A program made the position numbers and the translations under genes. The notes below the pieces were generated by a model. It was not told the DNA's origin, ran no database searches, and was given only the letters and a program-made list of their open reading frames with translations. This document shows, in pieces, positions 32,674 to 45,600 of a stretch of DNA of 64,000 bases. Source of the stretch: Caecitellus pseudoparvulus (taxonomy: Eukaryota; Protista; Bigyra: Bicosoecida); contig CBFFRQ010000089.1 of assembly GCA_965644315.1 (NCBI GenBank), positions 248,001 through 312,000 on the forward strand, in the 5' to 3' direction. Position 1 is the stretch's first letter. Each line of letters opens with the position of its first letter.

Positions 32674-35553
32674 TCACTGCCCGTCGTCGTCGTACGCCAC
32701 GTGCACGCGTTCAGGCGCTGGGCGGCGCCTGGACCCCAGCGGGCCGCCTCCACCCGCAGCCTGCAGCAGCGCAGCCGCTGCTTGCACTTCCGCTGCACTG
32801 ACGCTGGAAGCAGCCCCCTCCACACCCTCGCCCACTGAGCTGTCCATCTCGGATGCCACTTGCAGGAGCGGCGTGGTGATGCTGGTCAGGCCAGCTGGTC
32901 CGGAGGGGTGCGTGCGAGGCACAGCACTGGAGGGAGTGTTGCTTCGGCTGGCCATCTCCGCAGCCACCGCCGCAGCAGCCTCCGCACGCGTGTATCCGCC
33001 GCCCCCCCCTGGCTCCCCCTCCCACACTGAGCTGCCCATGGAGCTGTCCCCACGGAAGCTGCTGGCGAGGCTCAGGCCAAGGCGAGGTGTTGTGATAGGG
33101 CCGCCGCCACTGGAGGCGGCAGGGCCATCCTGCGGCACGCTGGACGTGGTGAGGAGGCGTGTGAGGGACACTGACGAGCCACCGTGGCCTGAGCTGCTGC
33201 CCATGAAAGCAATGGGGGGCGCACCCACTGCTGATGCGGAGGTGATGCTCTTCGGGGAGTCACCCCGCATGGACACGCTGCCCGGCCCGAAATCAGAGAA
33301 GCCGACACTGCTGGCGGCACCCCCTCCCACCCGCCATGCGCCACCCCCCCGATGGAGCGAGCCTGCGCCCACCACGCCAGGTGTGCCCATGGCTGGGGAC
33401 AGGCCTGCCTGCGTCATGGTGTAGAGGCCAGGCGCCAGGAGGGGGGCGGGCGCTGTGGCGGCGGTGGTGGGCACAGGTGGCTGGTCCAGCCCTCTCCCAG
33501 CCGCCCCAACTCCCGCCCCTGAGGCTTGGCTACGGGCCCCCGATGTGGTGCGGTGGCGCGACGCAGGGGGCCAGTCCGTGATGGTGGGGTAGTCCAGTGC
33601 CGACGCCAGCATCCACCGAGAGTGCGACGCGGGGTCGCTGTGGGCGGGGCTGCTGCCTTGTCCGAGGCTGGAGGGAATGGGGTAGCCCCCCCCTCGTGGC
33701 GTGCTGTGGGGAGTGTCCCCCCCTGACATGCCTGAATCCACACTTCGGGTGTCCAGGGAGTTCACATCCAGCGGCAGGGGTCGCTGTCGACGACTGTGAC
33801 CTGCAGACGCACTGGAGGAGCCCTCGACACGAGGGCGTTTCACAGTCACATCGCCAGGGCCTGGGAGGATTAGCTGTGGGTCACCGGCGTTGGAGTGCAG
33901 GAGTTTCTGAAACGCAGCGTGCTGCATGGTGACTTGGGCCAGCAGCGACTCCAGCGTGCTGCCCTGAGCCACCAGGTTGGCCTGCCCAGCCTCCGCCACG
34001 GCCAAACGAGCGTCCAGCACCTGCTGCCGCGCCACGAGGTGCTGCAACGCAGCATTCTGCCGTGGAGTCAACGACGCGGTGTCGGTGGTTGGCGCACACC
34101 CCGCCTCGACAGCGGCACGCGGACTTGGTGCCGCGACAGGGCGGTCCCGGGTGCCGGCCGAGCTACCCGCAGTTATGCGCGAAGACTGCAGTTTGGCGGG
34201 GACGCGACGTGAGCGCCGGCGGGGAGGGGGGGGCATGCTGCTGTCGGGGCTGAGGGGGGTGGTGCCACCGCCCCTGCCCTTCGTGGAGGCGCTGCGGCGA
34301 GGGCGCTTGCGGCTGGGACTGGGCTGCCGGAGGTGGCCAGGCGCGTTCCGTGTTCCGGATCCCAGCACCAGCGGGGGAGGGGGGCCAGACACCGCCGCGA
34401 CACTGTGCAGGTCCATGGCACTGAGCGGCACAGAGTGGCAGCGGGAAGGAGGGGCAGGGGGTGTGTCACCCCCCCCTGCGTCCCGCACAGCAGCTGCCAG
34501 GGCACCCCACCACCGTGCATGTACAGCTGCATCTGCGGCGCCAGCAAGCGTGCTCACCGCCTGCGCCAAGTCACCCCACGCCGACGCACCAGCGCCAATG
34601 GGTGGCGTCCCGAGCAACGTGCCATGTGTGTGCACGCACAGAATGGGCGTGCGCAGCCACCGGCGGACTGCACTTGCAACGTCCTCCCACGAGCTTTCTT
34701 CGCCGGTGCCAGGTGCAGGCAGCGAGTCAGAGGTGCGGGAGGTGGGCGTGATGGGCGTTTCGCTGCCAACTCCACTGCCAACCAGGCCGCTGGCGTCGAA
34801 CGTGAGCGCAGGCGCCGCGGCCGCTACCACACGAGCAGCCATGGCAGCAGCAGCAGCTGTGCTGCTGCCTGGTGTCCTGCGTTTGATGAGGGCCAAGTCA
34901 CGGTTGCCTTGCGTGAAGCGTGGGTGCTCGAAGACGCGCTCCACGCCTCGCCGCTTCTGTGAAACAGTCTTGAAGCCGTAGTGGTTCAGTTGGCGCAGGA
35001 AGGAGGGGAACTTGCCATGCTTGAAGAACTGTGGCAGCACCTGCGCACGTGGAGGGGCGAGGGGGGCGAGTGCAGTCCCCGCGGCAGCACGTGCCAGCAA
35101 CGCAAGACCGTGAAAGGTGACACACACCTGCGCACAGAACTGTGGTAAATCCCGCAGGTGAATGCGGTCGCCGTCGGGCGTCCACGAGATCATCGCAGCG
35201 AAGCGAGGCGTATCCAGCATCTGCCCCAGCTTCACGAGGAAGGGCGCCGGCTTGGCCCCCTTCGGCAGCGCCGTGGCCCCCCCCAGCGCAGAGCTGAACG
35301 GGGACGTGCCTGCGGATTTTGACCCAGCGCCACTTGACAGCGTCAGGAGGGACCCCGAGCAGCCCCGCGAGCCCACACGCAGCAGGAGGTTGCATCGTCG
35401 CAACAGGGCCAACTGCACGTGGTAGCTCTGCGCTGCTGCCGAGTGAGGGGACAGCGATGCGAAGGGCGCCGGCAGAGCACGGACTGCACCAGCTGGCAGC
35501 GGCCCTTCGAAAGCCGCTTCCCGCAGCGGCAAAGCCGGCAGGGAGATGTCCAT
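32674..35553 (-). CDS. Heat-shock-factor (HSF) type transcription factor
   Basis: The HSF DNA-binding domain PFLVKLGQML...ISWTPDG...FCAQ|VLPQFFKHGKFPSFLRQLNHYGFK is restored by removing an in-frame 87-nt intron (35041-35127, GTGTGT..gcag). A heptad region follows (LQHLVARQQVLDARLAVAE...LESLL). Start position is less certain. Confidence 0.85.
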   Translation of the reverse strand: MDISLPALPLREAAFEGPLPAGAVRALPAPFASLSPHSAAAQSYHVQLALLRRCNLLLRVGSRGCSGSLLTLSSGAGSKSAGTSPFSSALGGATALPKGAKPAPFLVKLGQMLDTPRFAAMISWTPDGDRIHLRDLPQFCAQVCVTFHGLALLARAAAGTALAPLAPPRAQVLPQFFKHGKFPSFLRQLNHYGFKTVSQKRRGVERVFEHPRFTQGNRDLALIKRRTPGSSTAAAAAMAARVVAAAAPALTFDASGLVGSGVGSETPITPTSRTSDSLPAPGTGEESSWEDVASAVRRWLRTPILCVHTHGTLLGTPPIGAGASAWGDLAQAVSTLAGAADAAVHARWWGALAAAVRDAGGGDTPPAPPSRCHSVPLSAMDLHSVAAVSGPPPPLVLGSGTRNAPGHLRQPSPSRKRPRRSASTKGRGGGTTPLSPDSSMPPPPRRRSRRVPAKLQSSRITAGSSAGTRDRPVAAPSPRAAVEAGCAPTTDTASLTPRQNAALQHLVARQQVLDARLAVAEAGQANLVAQGSTLESLLAQVTMQHAAFQKLLHSNAGDPQLILPGPGDVTVKRPRVEGSSSASAGHSRRQRPLPLDVNSLDTRSVDSGMSGGDTPHSTPRGGGYPIPSSLGQGSSPAHSDPASHSRWMLASALDYPTITDWPPASRHRTTSGARSQASGAGVGAAGRGLDQPPVPTTAATAPAPLLAPGLYTMTQAGLSPAMGTPGVVGAGSLHRGGGAWRVGGGAASSVGFSDFGPGSVSMRGDSPKSITSASAVGAPPIAFMGSSSGHGGSSVSLTRLLTTSSVPQDGPAASSGGGPITTPRLGLSLASSFRGDSSMGSSVWEGEPGGGGGYTRAEAAAAVAAEMASRSNTPSSAVPRTHPSGPAGLTSITTPLLQVASEMDSSVGEGVEGAASSVSAAEVQAAAALLQAAGGGGPLGSRRRPAPERVHVAYDDDGQ

Positions 35554-35908
35554 GAATCCCCAGCCAGATCAAGGTGGGCACGCAGGAAGCCCTGATCTCG
35601 CCCAGCCTGCCACCTCCGCTCACGGGGAGACCCCAGTGCACCAAGCCTCGCTTCCCTGCACTGCACTTGCACAGGGAAGGAAAGAAAGTTTTGAGCTGCG
35701 GGTGAGAGCGGCACGCCGCCTCCGCGGCCCGACTCATCACTGGCCCTCACGCGCAAATTGCTGCATCCCCGACCCCCAACTGCTTCACGCGTGCCCTGCA
35801 CAGCTGCAACACTGCGCACTCCGCTGCTTGCCACCGGCCCTGCCTCCTGCCTGCACGTTGCGTGTGGGAGTTGTGCAAATTCCGCCCCCGCCCGCTGTCG
35901 CACCTGCC

Positions 35909-36618
35909 ATGGCGGCGCAGAGCTTCAGCCAGAAGATGGCCTTCAAGATCATCGTTGTAGGCTCCATGGGCGTCGGCAAGACCTGCATCCTGGAGCGCTA
36001 TGTGCGCGGTCGGTACAGCAAGGACCACAAGGCCACCCTGGGCACAGGCGTCAACAGCAAGACTCTCGAAGTGGACGGCACGCAGATCGTCATGCAGATC
36101 TACGACACAGCCGGGCAGGAGCGCTTTGACAGCTTGGTCAACACGTACTACCGCGGGTCGGATGCCGCCATCATCGTCTACGACGTCACAGACATGCGCA
36201 CGCTGGAGGATGTCACAGCGTGGCACGAGCGCCTGATGAAGCACGTCCCCCGCCCCGAGGGCTTCCCCGTCATCGTCCTGGGCAACAAGTCTGACAAGCC
36301 CGAGAGTGCTCAGCAGGTGTCCCTGGAGGACGGCGAGAGCTTTGTCGCGGCCAAGCTGCCCAGCGCTTCCCACCTCAGGGTGCGTGCACCTGGCGTTTCG
36401 CTCCTGCACTGCACCTTTCGCCAGCTTGCCCTGCACGCCCCGTCCGCGCCATGCCCTCGCAGACGAGTGCCAAGGAGAACAGCAATGTCGAGACAGCCTT
36501 TGAGACCATCGCACGGGCTGCCCTGGCTCGTGGCGCCTCCACGCAGACCTCGGCTGCAGTCCCGCAGCAGATCAAAATCGATGCTCCTGCGCAAGATGGC
36601 GGTGGCTGCGCTTGCTGA
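35909..36618 (+). CDS. Rab family small GTPase, divergent Rab7-like (208 aa)
   Basis: Exon 1 is 35909-36379, the intron is 36380-36462 (GTGCGT..cgcag) and exon 2 is 36463-36618. Motifs: G1 GSMGVGKT, G3 DTAGQE, G4 FPVIVLGNKSD, G5 TSAK, and a C-terminal CAC prenylation motif. Confidence 0.92.
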
Positions 36619-36907
36619 TGGAGCTGTCGTAATGCACCCCTTCGCGCTCACCCAGCACTGTGCAGTCAGCAGGCTCTGTTGATGAGCCTGTGCAAGGGGC
36701 TCGGTTCCCTCGGACGCCTGCATTCCTTCGTGAGCTGCAGAATCCAAAAAGTTCAATGGACGACGCAGCACACAAGAAACATTGCCGTGGCGAGTGCTGT
36801 TCAACCTCAACAAGTTGCTCGGCTTACCACTTGTGCTAGGCGCTCTTGGCACCTGCATCACGCCCGTGCGCAGGCCATTTGAGAAACAGCGCGTGGCAGA
36901 CTGCAGC

Positions 36908-37492
36908 ATGCCGCATACCGCGCCCCTCCTCTTTGCCGCCTTCTCTGCACTGCTCCTGACTGCCATGGCAGTGCATGGTGCAGATTCAGAAATGCTGAGA
37001 CTGCTCCAACGAGTTGCTGAGCTGGAAGCACAGGTCGCAGCCTGTGCCTGTGACTTGCCAACTTCCGCACCCGGCGCCACAGCCTTCCCAAACGCCAGCT
37101 CGTTCCAAGCAAGCGTGGCAGAGCAGCTACACAAAGAGGACATCTTTGCACGTGCAAAGGGGTTTCAGGCCGCAGACCGCCTTGGGGCTGGCCCCAAACA
37201 CATTACAGTGCACTGCGAGAAGGACCCAGTCGTGAAGGTCACAGACTTGCCCGACACCGAGCGTGATGAAAACACTTGCCTGTAAGGACCAGCCAAGTCG
37301 CAATGGAGAACGCGGTGCACTTGATTCCCTCAACCTCCTCCGCTCCCTCGCAGAGTCATGCACCTGACTGCACCCGACACCTCGGCCCGGCTCGCCCTGA
37401 ACTGTGACCCACTGGTGCAGAACCCACAACCTCTCTTTGACGCCGACCACGAGGAGGAACACCTGGACTCTGAAAGCCATCATGAGCTGTGA
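36908..37492 (+). CDS. Small secretory-pathway protein (170 aa) with signal peptide, short coiled coil and C-terminal HHEL ER-retention-like signal
   Basis: Exon 1 is 36908-37281 (MPHTAPLLFAAFSALLLTAMAVHG|ADSE...), followed by intron 37282-37353 (GTAAG..cgcag). Exon 2, 37354-37492, is in phase and ends ...EEEHLDSESHHEL*. Confidence 0.7.
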
Positions 37493-37671
37493 CACGCCTA
37501 CAGGCAGCCCCCCCTCCCCCCACTCGGTGCCCAAGAGCAAGCTAGCTGCATAGCCTTGCGATTTTACGGCTGCGATCAGCCCTGCAGTCGCCAGCCCATG
37601 GCTACACACGAATAACGCGGACAAGCCGTGCAAAAGTGCATTGCTCGGCTCGCCGCAGGGTAGTGTTCCAC

Positions 37672-39630
37672 TCACGCCAGAATGCCCTGCTCCACCTCCA
37701 GCTCCGCCATGTCCACGCCCCGGGCACGCAGCGAGCTGCGCAGTGCCTTGACCAGACCAGCCTCCGCCTCGCCACTGCCCAACACCGCCTGCACCACCGG
37801 CACCAAGTCACTGCGAGGCACACTGTGCCGCAGGTGGAACTCACACACAGCCCGCAGCGGCTCCCCCGCCTGGCCCAGCCCCAGCGCGAACTGCAACATG
37901 CCCACCGCGGACTCTGCGTCAGACAGGTCGTACCCAGCCACCATGCTGCGCAGGGCATGGGCCAACAGCCGCGGCTGCATGTGCATGCTGCCCAGCTGGG
38001 CCAGAGCAGGTGCGTCTTCCACGGCGTCTTCCTCTCGCACCGCCCCTGCTGAGAAGGGCGCCTCGGCAGGGGGGGGCAGGGTGCCTTGCGCCAGAGCTTC
38101 GGCTGGGTCCGCACCAGACACCACCGCGTGGGCCATGCCTCGCGCACTGACCAGCTCTGCGTGCAAGCCAGCAGCTGCCGCCTGACTCAGCGCCAGACGC
38201 CCCATGCGGTCAGTGTACAGGAACTCCACCATGTGGGCAGCTGCGTGGGTGCTGAGGTCAGTGTCAGGCAGACCCACGCCGGTGCTGGGCAGGGCCGCCT
38301 CCCCGCTGAACACGCCACCACTGGACGCTGCAGCACTGGGCTCCACTGGCGCACTGATCAAGCCGGAAGCCACTGCATGCCGCATGAAGAAGGACCGACG
38401 AGCCAGGATGCACTGGTGTGCAGGCAGCCATGCGTGCCCGGTGGCAGCCACAGGCGGCACATCCACCACCACAGAGCCAGTGGACAGACTGCGTGCCATG
38501 CCCAGCTCAGGCGGCGGCATGTCCAGACCGCCCTCACACCCTGGCGCCCACCGTGTCAACGTCAACACGCCATCCTCCCCGCCGCCCACGCTGCCAGGCC
38601 CATACACGACGCCATCGGATGCCACAGCAGTGCCGTGCTGAGCCAATGCCCCAGTCAGCTGCTCGCCCAGCTCAGCCGACACAGGCACTCGCAGACGCAC
38701 ATCAGCACCCACACCGTACACCAGCACAGCACTCAGCACACTGCGCACATGGCTCAGTCGCCCTCGGCTGCCTGACCGCCCCATGGCAATGTCAATCGTG
38801 GCAGGCCTCACACCTGCCCGCACCTCCTCCTGCCGCACCTCCACAGAAGCAGAGCCATGTGTGTGCTGCATGGCCAGCAGCACATCGCCCAGGGCGCCAG
38901 GTGCACACACCACCGCCGCGTGGCCTGGGCGCCGCACACGAGGCACACCTGCGCCGCTCAGCCCCCACCGGCGCACCAGCAAGCACACTTCCTCCACTTG
39001 CACTGGGTCGAACTGGGCCTGGCCAGTGTACAACCACTGCAGCGTCGCACTCAGGGCGCTGGCGCTCACTCCCGGCTCCTGGAACGTCAGCACGCCTGAC
39101 GCCGCCTCCCACACCCAGCTGCAGCCAGGCCCACCAGGAGCAAGGCCCTCGACGGCACCGTCACTGCAGATGGTTCGCCACGCACCCTCCAGCCGACGCC
39201 GCCATAGCCACGACACGCCTCCCAGAATGCAGGCGTGGGCGTACACGGCACCGATGCTGCTCGCGTCACACGTGTGGCCCAGTGCGTCCCCACTGGCCTG
39301 CAGTGCCGCAGCCCAGCTGGGCGGCACCAGGCTCGTCGCATCCCCAGGCACGAAGCTGCCCTCCTCCACATCCACGTCGCCCAGCAACGCCAACGCGTCA
39401 CAAACTGCAGAGTGCGGCGCACTGCCACCTGCTCGCACCTGTACGATGGGCGGCAGGGGGGCAGCTGCACCCTGCTCCACGCTGCGCAGAGCAAAGTCCG
39501 CCGGCGGGCTGCCCGCATCCACCTCCCCACTGCCTGCCGCCTCCCACAGTGCGCTGGCATCACGGACGAGGGATGGGCCAGGCACGGGGATGTGCGTGGG
39601 CCCAAGGGAAATGCTGAGCACCTCTCCCAT
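37672..39630. repeat. Inverted repeat block 3 (1,959 bp), partner at 55853-57811
   Basis: Encodes the BTB-BTB C-terminus. I count 8 amino-acid differences in 652 codons. Identity ends 4 nt after the stop codon. Confidence 0.95.
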
Positions 39631-42600
39631 TGTGAGGGTTCGCATGCCGCCTTGCGAAGCTGCTGCGATGTCTCGCTTGCCGCCCGCTGACGCTGGCGTG
39701 TCCGAGGAAGCCATGAAGGAGCCAGCCACTTGGCCCCAGCGCTGTCCCCCAAACACAAGCATCTCGCCTCCCACGACGGCAGCCTTTGCCCCTTTGCGAC
39801 CTGGCAGCGCCGTCGTCGGTGGCGGGCCGCTGGACACGGCGCTCTGGAACACCAGGCGCATGCTGCCGTCTGTCTCTCGCTGCGTTCCCCACTTACCCCC
39901 TGCGTTCAGCTTGTGCTCAGCGAGGGGCTTGTCAGACAGGAGTGACTCCCGCCACACGCCGTACACGGGGCACAGCAGAGCCTGGGCTACAACCTGGCGG
40001 CTCTGTGCCGTGCCTTGCATCACGTGAGCTGGCTGAGCTGAGCTGGAGCGGGCTGCCCGGGAAGCCAGCAGCATGCCAGTCCAAGACTCTGCTGCAGCGC
40101 CCCCTTCGCCAGCAGAGTCAACCGCAGCGCCACCCGTTGTTGCTGGCACTATTCCAGCATCAGAGCCAGGCCATTCAGCGCCACCTTGAGACTCCATTGC
40201 GATGCGCTCCTCGGCAGCTGTCAGGCTGGCGTCATCACGCTGCACCAACTCCAGCGTCCAGGTGTCCCCCAGAACACGCCCACCCTTCGTCTCCCCGCCA
40301 AAGATGCACACCTTCCCTGCCACACGCCCTGCCGCATGGCACGTGCGAGGGGGCGGCAGCTGCGTGCTACAGGGCGCAAACGGCAGTCGCCACCAAGTGG
40401 GCACGCCGCCACCCGCTCCGGCCGCCAAATCCAACACCCACACGTCAGAGCAGAGACCTGCGCCCCTGCCCTGTGTGGAACCACCCACCACCACCATGTA
40501 CTGCTTGCGCACAAGGGTGGCGCTGTGGCCGCTGCGCTGGGCGGGGGGCGTGCCAGCGGTGAGTGGCCAGCCCCAACAGGGGTCGGTGCCATCTCCTAGG
40601 CTGAGGAGGGCCAGGCCGCCGTTCTGCGGGGAGTCCACCTCCCCCATCACCAGCACACCTTCGTCCCCAGCACTGCCCACTGCCAAGGCAGAGTGCCCTG
40701 TCAGCTCCACCAAGTTTGCACCGCCAGCTGGGCGCGTGACGGCGGTCACCCTTGGCCTCAGTGTACTGATGCCCGCGAAGCACGGACGCAGCATAGTGAG
40801 CCCTGACCTCTGCTCCTGGCGCCCAGAAAGAGCACACTCGTACTCGCGCCAGGAGATGCACTGCCGATTGGCCAGCACCACAGCATGCTCCAGTGGATGT
40901 AAGTTGTCCACCTCCGGGCCACGCTGGGCTTGCCCGGGCACTTGCTGCAGGTGCACGTAGTCAGGCAGCGACTCACCCGAGCGGAGCGTATCCACCAGCG
41001 TATCTTCCTTCGCCGGGGACAGCAGCTGGCAGCGAGACACGAGCGGACCGACGTTGCGCATCACTTTGGCGTTGGGCTGGGTAGCGCACGTGCTGTGGTC
41101 CAGCACGTACACCGAGTAACTCGGTGTGTTCATGCGGCTGCTGGAACAGGCGAAGAAGTGCGTGTTCCACGCTCTCTCATCCACTGCTCGATCTACAATC
41201 TCGTACAGGCCTGCGTTGCCGCCGACGGCCAACAGCGGCACGGCAGCAGGTGCAGGGCGGCCTGGCCGTGCGGCTGCAGCCCGCTGCACGCGCTCGGCCG
41301 CCGTCTGCCAGCGCATGAGGGCGGAACGGCGCACCTTGGCATACGGGTTGCCTGTCACCACCCGTGCTTGCCGCAGTGCCTCGTCGCGTTCAGAGCGCTC
41401 CATCGCTGCAGCCATGTCCGCCGCTGGCACACCGGCGCCCTGACCTGCCGCGGCCATGCCGGCGCCCACCAGCGGCGCGCGGGCGGCTGCTTGTTCGCCG
41501 TCATGCTCCGGGAACTGTGCCGGCGCAGGGCCGTCAGAGTCACTGTCAAACAAGTGTTCCAGCCCCAGCGCGTCGTGCTCCGATTCGCTGCTGCTGCCGT
41601 CATAGTCCTCCGTACGGCGCCCAATCCGCCGCCAATCTGAGCGACTGTAGCCATCTGATTCACGAGAGGGATCCGGCATACGCGGGCGAACGGTCCAGTC
41701 ATTGATGGACAGCCATGCGCTGGCCTGCAGGGCATGGGTGCCGCACATGCCGCCCAGCAACACCACACGCCGATCAGGAAGCACGGTGGCTGTGTGTTCG
41801 TGCAGGGAGGGCAGGAAGGGCAGACTGTCCACCGTGGCTGTGCCTGTGCTGTGTGCCGCCAGCTGCAGAGTACGCTTGCCTGGTGGTGGGGGTGGCAACT
41901 TGCCGGCGCGGGGTGCAAGGCCTGATGCAGCGTGGGGGCCGCCTCGCGGCAACCACGTCAGGCCAGGCACATCCCACGCAAACAGCTCGTTCGAGATGCT
42001 GGACGCCGCGCCGGAAATGGAAAACGTCAAGCCCTGTGCGGCACGCAGGGCCGCTTCCGCACCACTGCGCCCTTCGCCGATGCCCACTGTCAAGCACTTG
42101 TGCTTGGCCTCTGGGCCTGAAGCGGAGTGCGTGCCGGCGAGGTACTGGTTCTCGTCGATAACTGAGCGCTGCATGTACCTATACCGGGGATCCAACGTGT
42201 GCTGAGGCTGCGAGGCGCGCACAGAACGCACAGATGCGCCAAAGCCTCCATGCACAAACACCAGGCGACCAATGGTGTACACCGCGGCGCCAGCACGCGG
42301 GCTAGGTGCGTGGCCACGGTGTAGCTCAGGCACCGTCACCACCGCCCCTGAGCCGAGGCGCACATTGCGCAGCAACTTGGGCGTGTGCTGCCCGTACCCC
42401 AGGCTGACCACCATGCTGCCGCCCATGGCCACGTGCATGTGCTGCGGCACCCAGCGCCAAGCCGGCTGGATGGCTGCAAAGGGGGTGATGTAGCCATACT
42501 CCCGCCCCCACACAGTGCAGGTCTCCAAGGTGGGGGCTTGCTCTGCCTCGGCCTGCACGGCGTGCTCGGGGGTGGCCCAGGCAGGCAGCACCAAGCTGCC

Positions 42601-45600
42601 GTCTCGCAGGAGGGTCGCGTCGAACCCCGCAGAGGTGCTGCCTGGGACCTGCGCAGACAGCACGGTGCAGCCCTCGCCGTCCTTCCGAGCGGCGACAGTT
42701 GTCCGGTGCACGGGCAGCGGCGTGACGCCCTCTGCGATGAACTCGTCCCGGAGCTGTTCCAGGATGGACCCCAGGGCGTTGCGGCCTTCCACAGTGTACA
42801 GACTGTACGGCAGCGTCGGCAGGTCGGCTCCGTCTGGCCCACGGCACTGTTTGAGAAGGGCCCAGATCTCGTCAGCAGCACGCACGACACCCTCCCCCAC
42901 GGCCTGCTCTAGGCCGGTTTCCGCCTCGTGTTCTCCCTGTGCTGTTGGCGCAGAGGTTGCGCCTGGGAAGTGCACGGACGCCATGGTGGGCTTGGACTTG
43001 GACAGCCCCAGTGCCGTCGCGGTGGCTCGCCCCAGCACCGGGTCCTGCATCATGCGCTTGAAGCCAGCCAAGTCCCGTAGCCCAGACTTGTCAGATGATG
43101 TCATTCTTGAGGGGTCTTCACCCTCCGCCTCCATCAACTTTGTCAGTCCGTGCTTGCCAAGGGCGTGGGGGCGAAAGTATGTGGTGTCTGAGATGGGGCG
43201 GTACGTGTGTGACCCGCGCATACGTTTGGGGGGCAGGTCCTTCGACGCTGTGTGCACGGAGATCACGCCTGTGGCGCCGATCTCCTTTGCATGCTGCTGG
43301 CGCCGGTCATACGCAGCCTTCGCAGCCTTAGTCATGTGGGTTTTCGCCTCTTCATCGCTGCTGTGACTGCCTTTCTCCTGCTGCAGCGGATCTGCCCCCA
43401 TGCGGCGCTTGGAGCCCTGCACACGTGGCGTCCTGCGGGCAGCCTTCTTGCCGCGCTGCTTACGCCGCTGTGGAGCGTCACTGTCGCCCAGCCGCTTCTT
43501 CGCAAGGGCATCCCGCTTTTTCTGCTTCCACGCCTCCGTGCTCTGTCGCCGCGTTTCGAACTGGTAGTCCGGGTCGTGGGCAAGGTCCTTGCCCAATCGG
43601 TAGGGTTCTGCCGCTCCACCATGACCATCCGAGCCTGTGGAGCCCTCATCACTCGACCCAGACTGGTCGCTGTCGCTGTTCAATTCGTCCTCTTCCGGTC
43701 GTTTGAGGGCGCGCAGCTGTCTGTTCAGGTTCTTAAGTTTAGCCTTGAAGCCCATGCTGTCCCCAGTCCCGTAGTTGGCCGGGCTAGGCTTAGCCAGGCG
43801 CTGCAGTGCAAGGCGCTGTGACACAGCTTCCACGTCATCACCCCCGAGGAGTCCCTTACCGGGTGTGGAAGAGTGCAGCAGCACGATGTCACCAGGCATG
43901 GCCTCGGCAGTGCTGCGACGGGAGGCGCCCCCCCTGAACCAGGCAGGTCCGGACCGCTTGGAGGCGGACTTCCCCCGGCTAGAGCCGGCACCCGACACGT
44001 TCTCGTTCACAATGCCGAGCACTGGCACGCGGCCGCCCTCGCCCACAGCGACACGGTGCACATCGAAGGCCCGAATGCCGATGCGTGTTGCGCTGAGAAT
44101 GGAGTCCTCGCCTGACGCGCTCAGCCGAGCGGACATCGTGTGCACGAGGCGGGCGGGGTAGGTAGACACGAGTGTGTGCTTCAGGTTGGGGTGGGCGGCA
44201 AAGCGCGCAGCCAACACTTCCCGCAAGACCTCCAGCTTGCAACTGCCCCAAGCCTTTTGCCCCACCCTGCGGTAGCTGACGGAGGACTTGAGGTTCAGCA
44301 GGGACCGCTGGCTCTCGAGGTCGTGCAGGTTGCTGGGGCTGGCGTGGCGCATGTTGGAGCTGCGAACCAGCCACACTTCTTGCTGGGGTGGCGGCCGGGG
44401 AACCCTGTTGGTGTTGGGAACGGCGTACAGCGAGCAGGGCAGGCTCAAATTCAACGCTGGCGTGTCTGGTACGGCGAGCGGCGCCACAGGGGTGGGCAGA
44501 TCAGCAAGTTCAGCTGCAGTCACCCGAGGTGCGGCGTCAGGGCTGTCCTCGCTGCCAGATTTTGACCCGGCAGCTGCTGATGGGCGATGTCCTGGTGTTT
44601 GGGAAGCTGATGAGAGCACCTTCAAGCAACGGGAAGCAGGTGCCTCCACCAGGACGCAAAGCGGCGCCGTTGGGCCATGGCCAGAGTACACCTGCACATA
44701 CGGCAGGATGTGGCTGGGCTTTGTGTTTTTTACTTCATGCACCTTCAGCGGGCGGGGAGCAAAGTTCCGTTGCATGATAGCAATTGGCCCACACAGTGAC
44801 ACGGGAAGTGAGGTTGGGAGCATCTTTTCGTGAGTCATACGGAACGCGCCGTCTGGCAGCGGCGGGGTGTAGTACCCGAACTGGTACCGGAACTCGGGCA
44901 TGTTGCGTTTTGCGTGGTACAATGTCCTGAAGGTGCTGGAAGCGAAGGAATTCACGCTTATCACGTTCAACGCGTACTCATGGCTGCTCATTCGCAACCC
45001 GGAAAGCCGAGCGTCCTCCTGCTGCCGCCCAGCCTGCTCTGCGAACGGCACAGAGCCCTTGCACGACAGCTGCTGCAGCACTCGAGGCATGGCTGTGAAG
45101 CGCTGGGCGGCAAAGGCCGCTGTGGCGTTCGGGTAAATGTGCCCGTCAAAGCTGAAGCTGAAAGGGCTTGACAGGCCCAAATCTTCTGCCCAGGACAGCT
45201 GGGATCCGAAGCTGACCCCTCGCTGGAACGCTGGCACGTCTGATCCCTTCAGCTGCTCGCCGACAACCAGCGCGTCATTCACGCTCCACCCAGTTGCCGC
45301 GGCGACCGCTGCGAACCTTGCACGCACCTCTGCAGGCTTGGAGGCCAGCTCTTCTGCCAGCGTGTCGAAGTGCCGGCGACGCCCAGACACACTCCGCTCT
45401 TCGTCCTTGGCATCGCCAGCGAGCCCCGCCAGCACGCCCTCCATCGTACGGGGAGCGTCGCCAGCCGCAGAATGACCACCACCGCCCCCCCCAACACCCA
45501 CTGACGTGTGCTCTGACACCCACGCATCATCCAACGCCACGGCATGCGGCATGCTGGGGGGACCCACATACCCATCCCCGCTGCCCACACCCGTCCCGCC

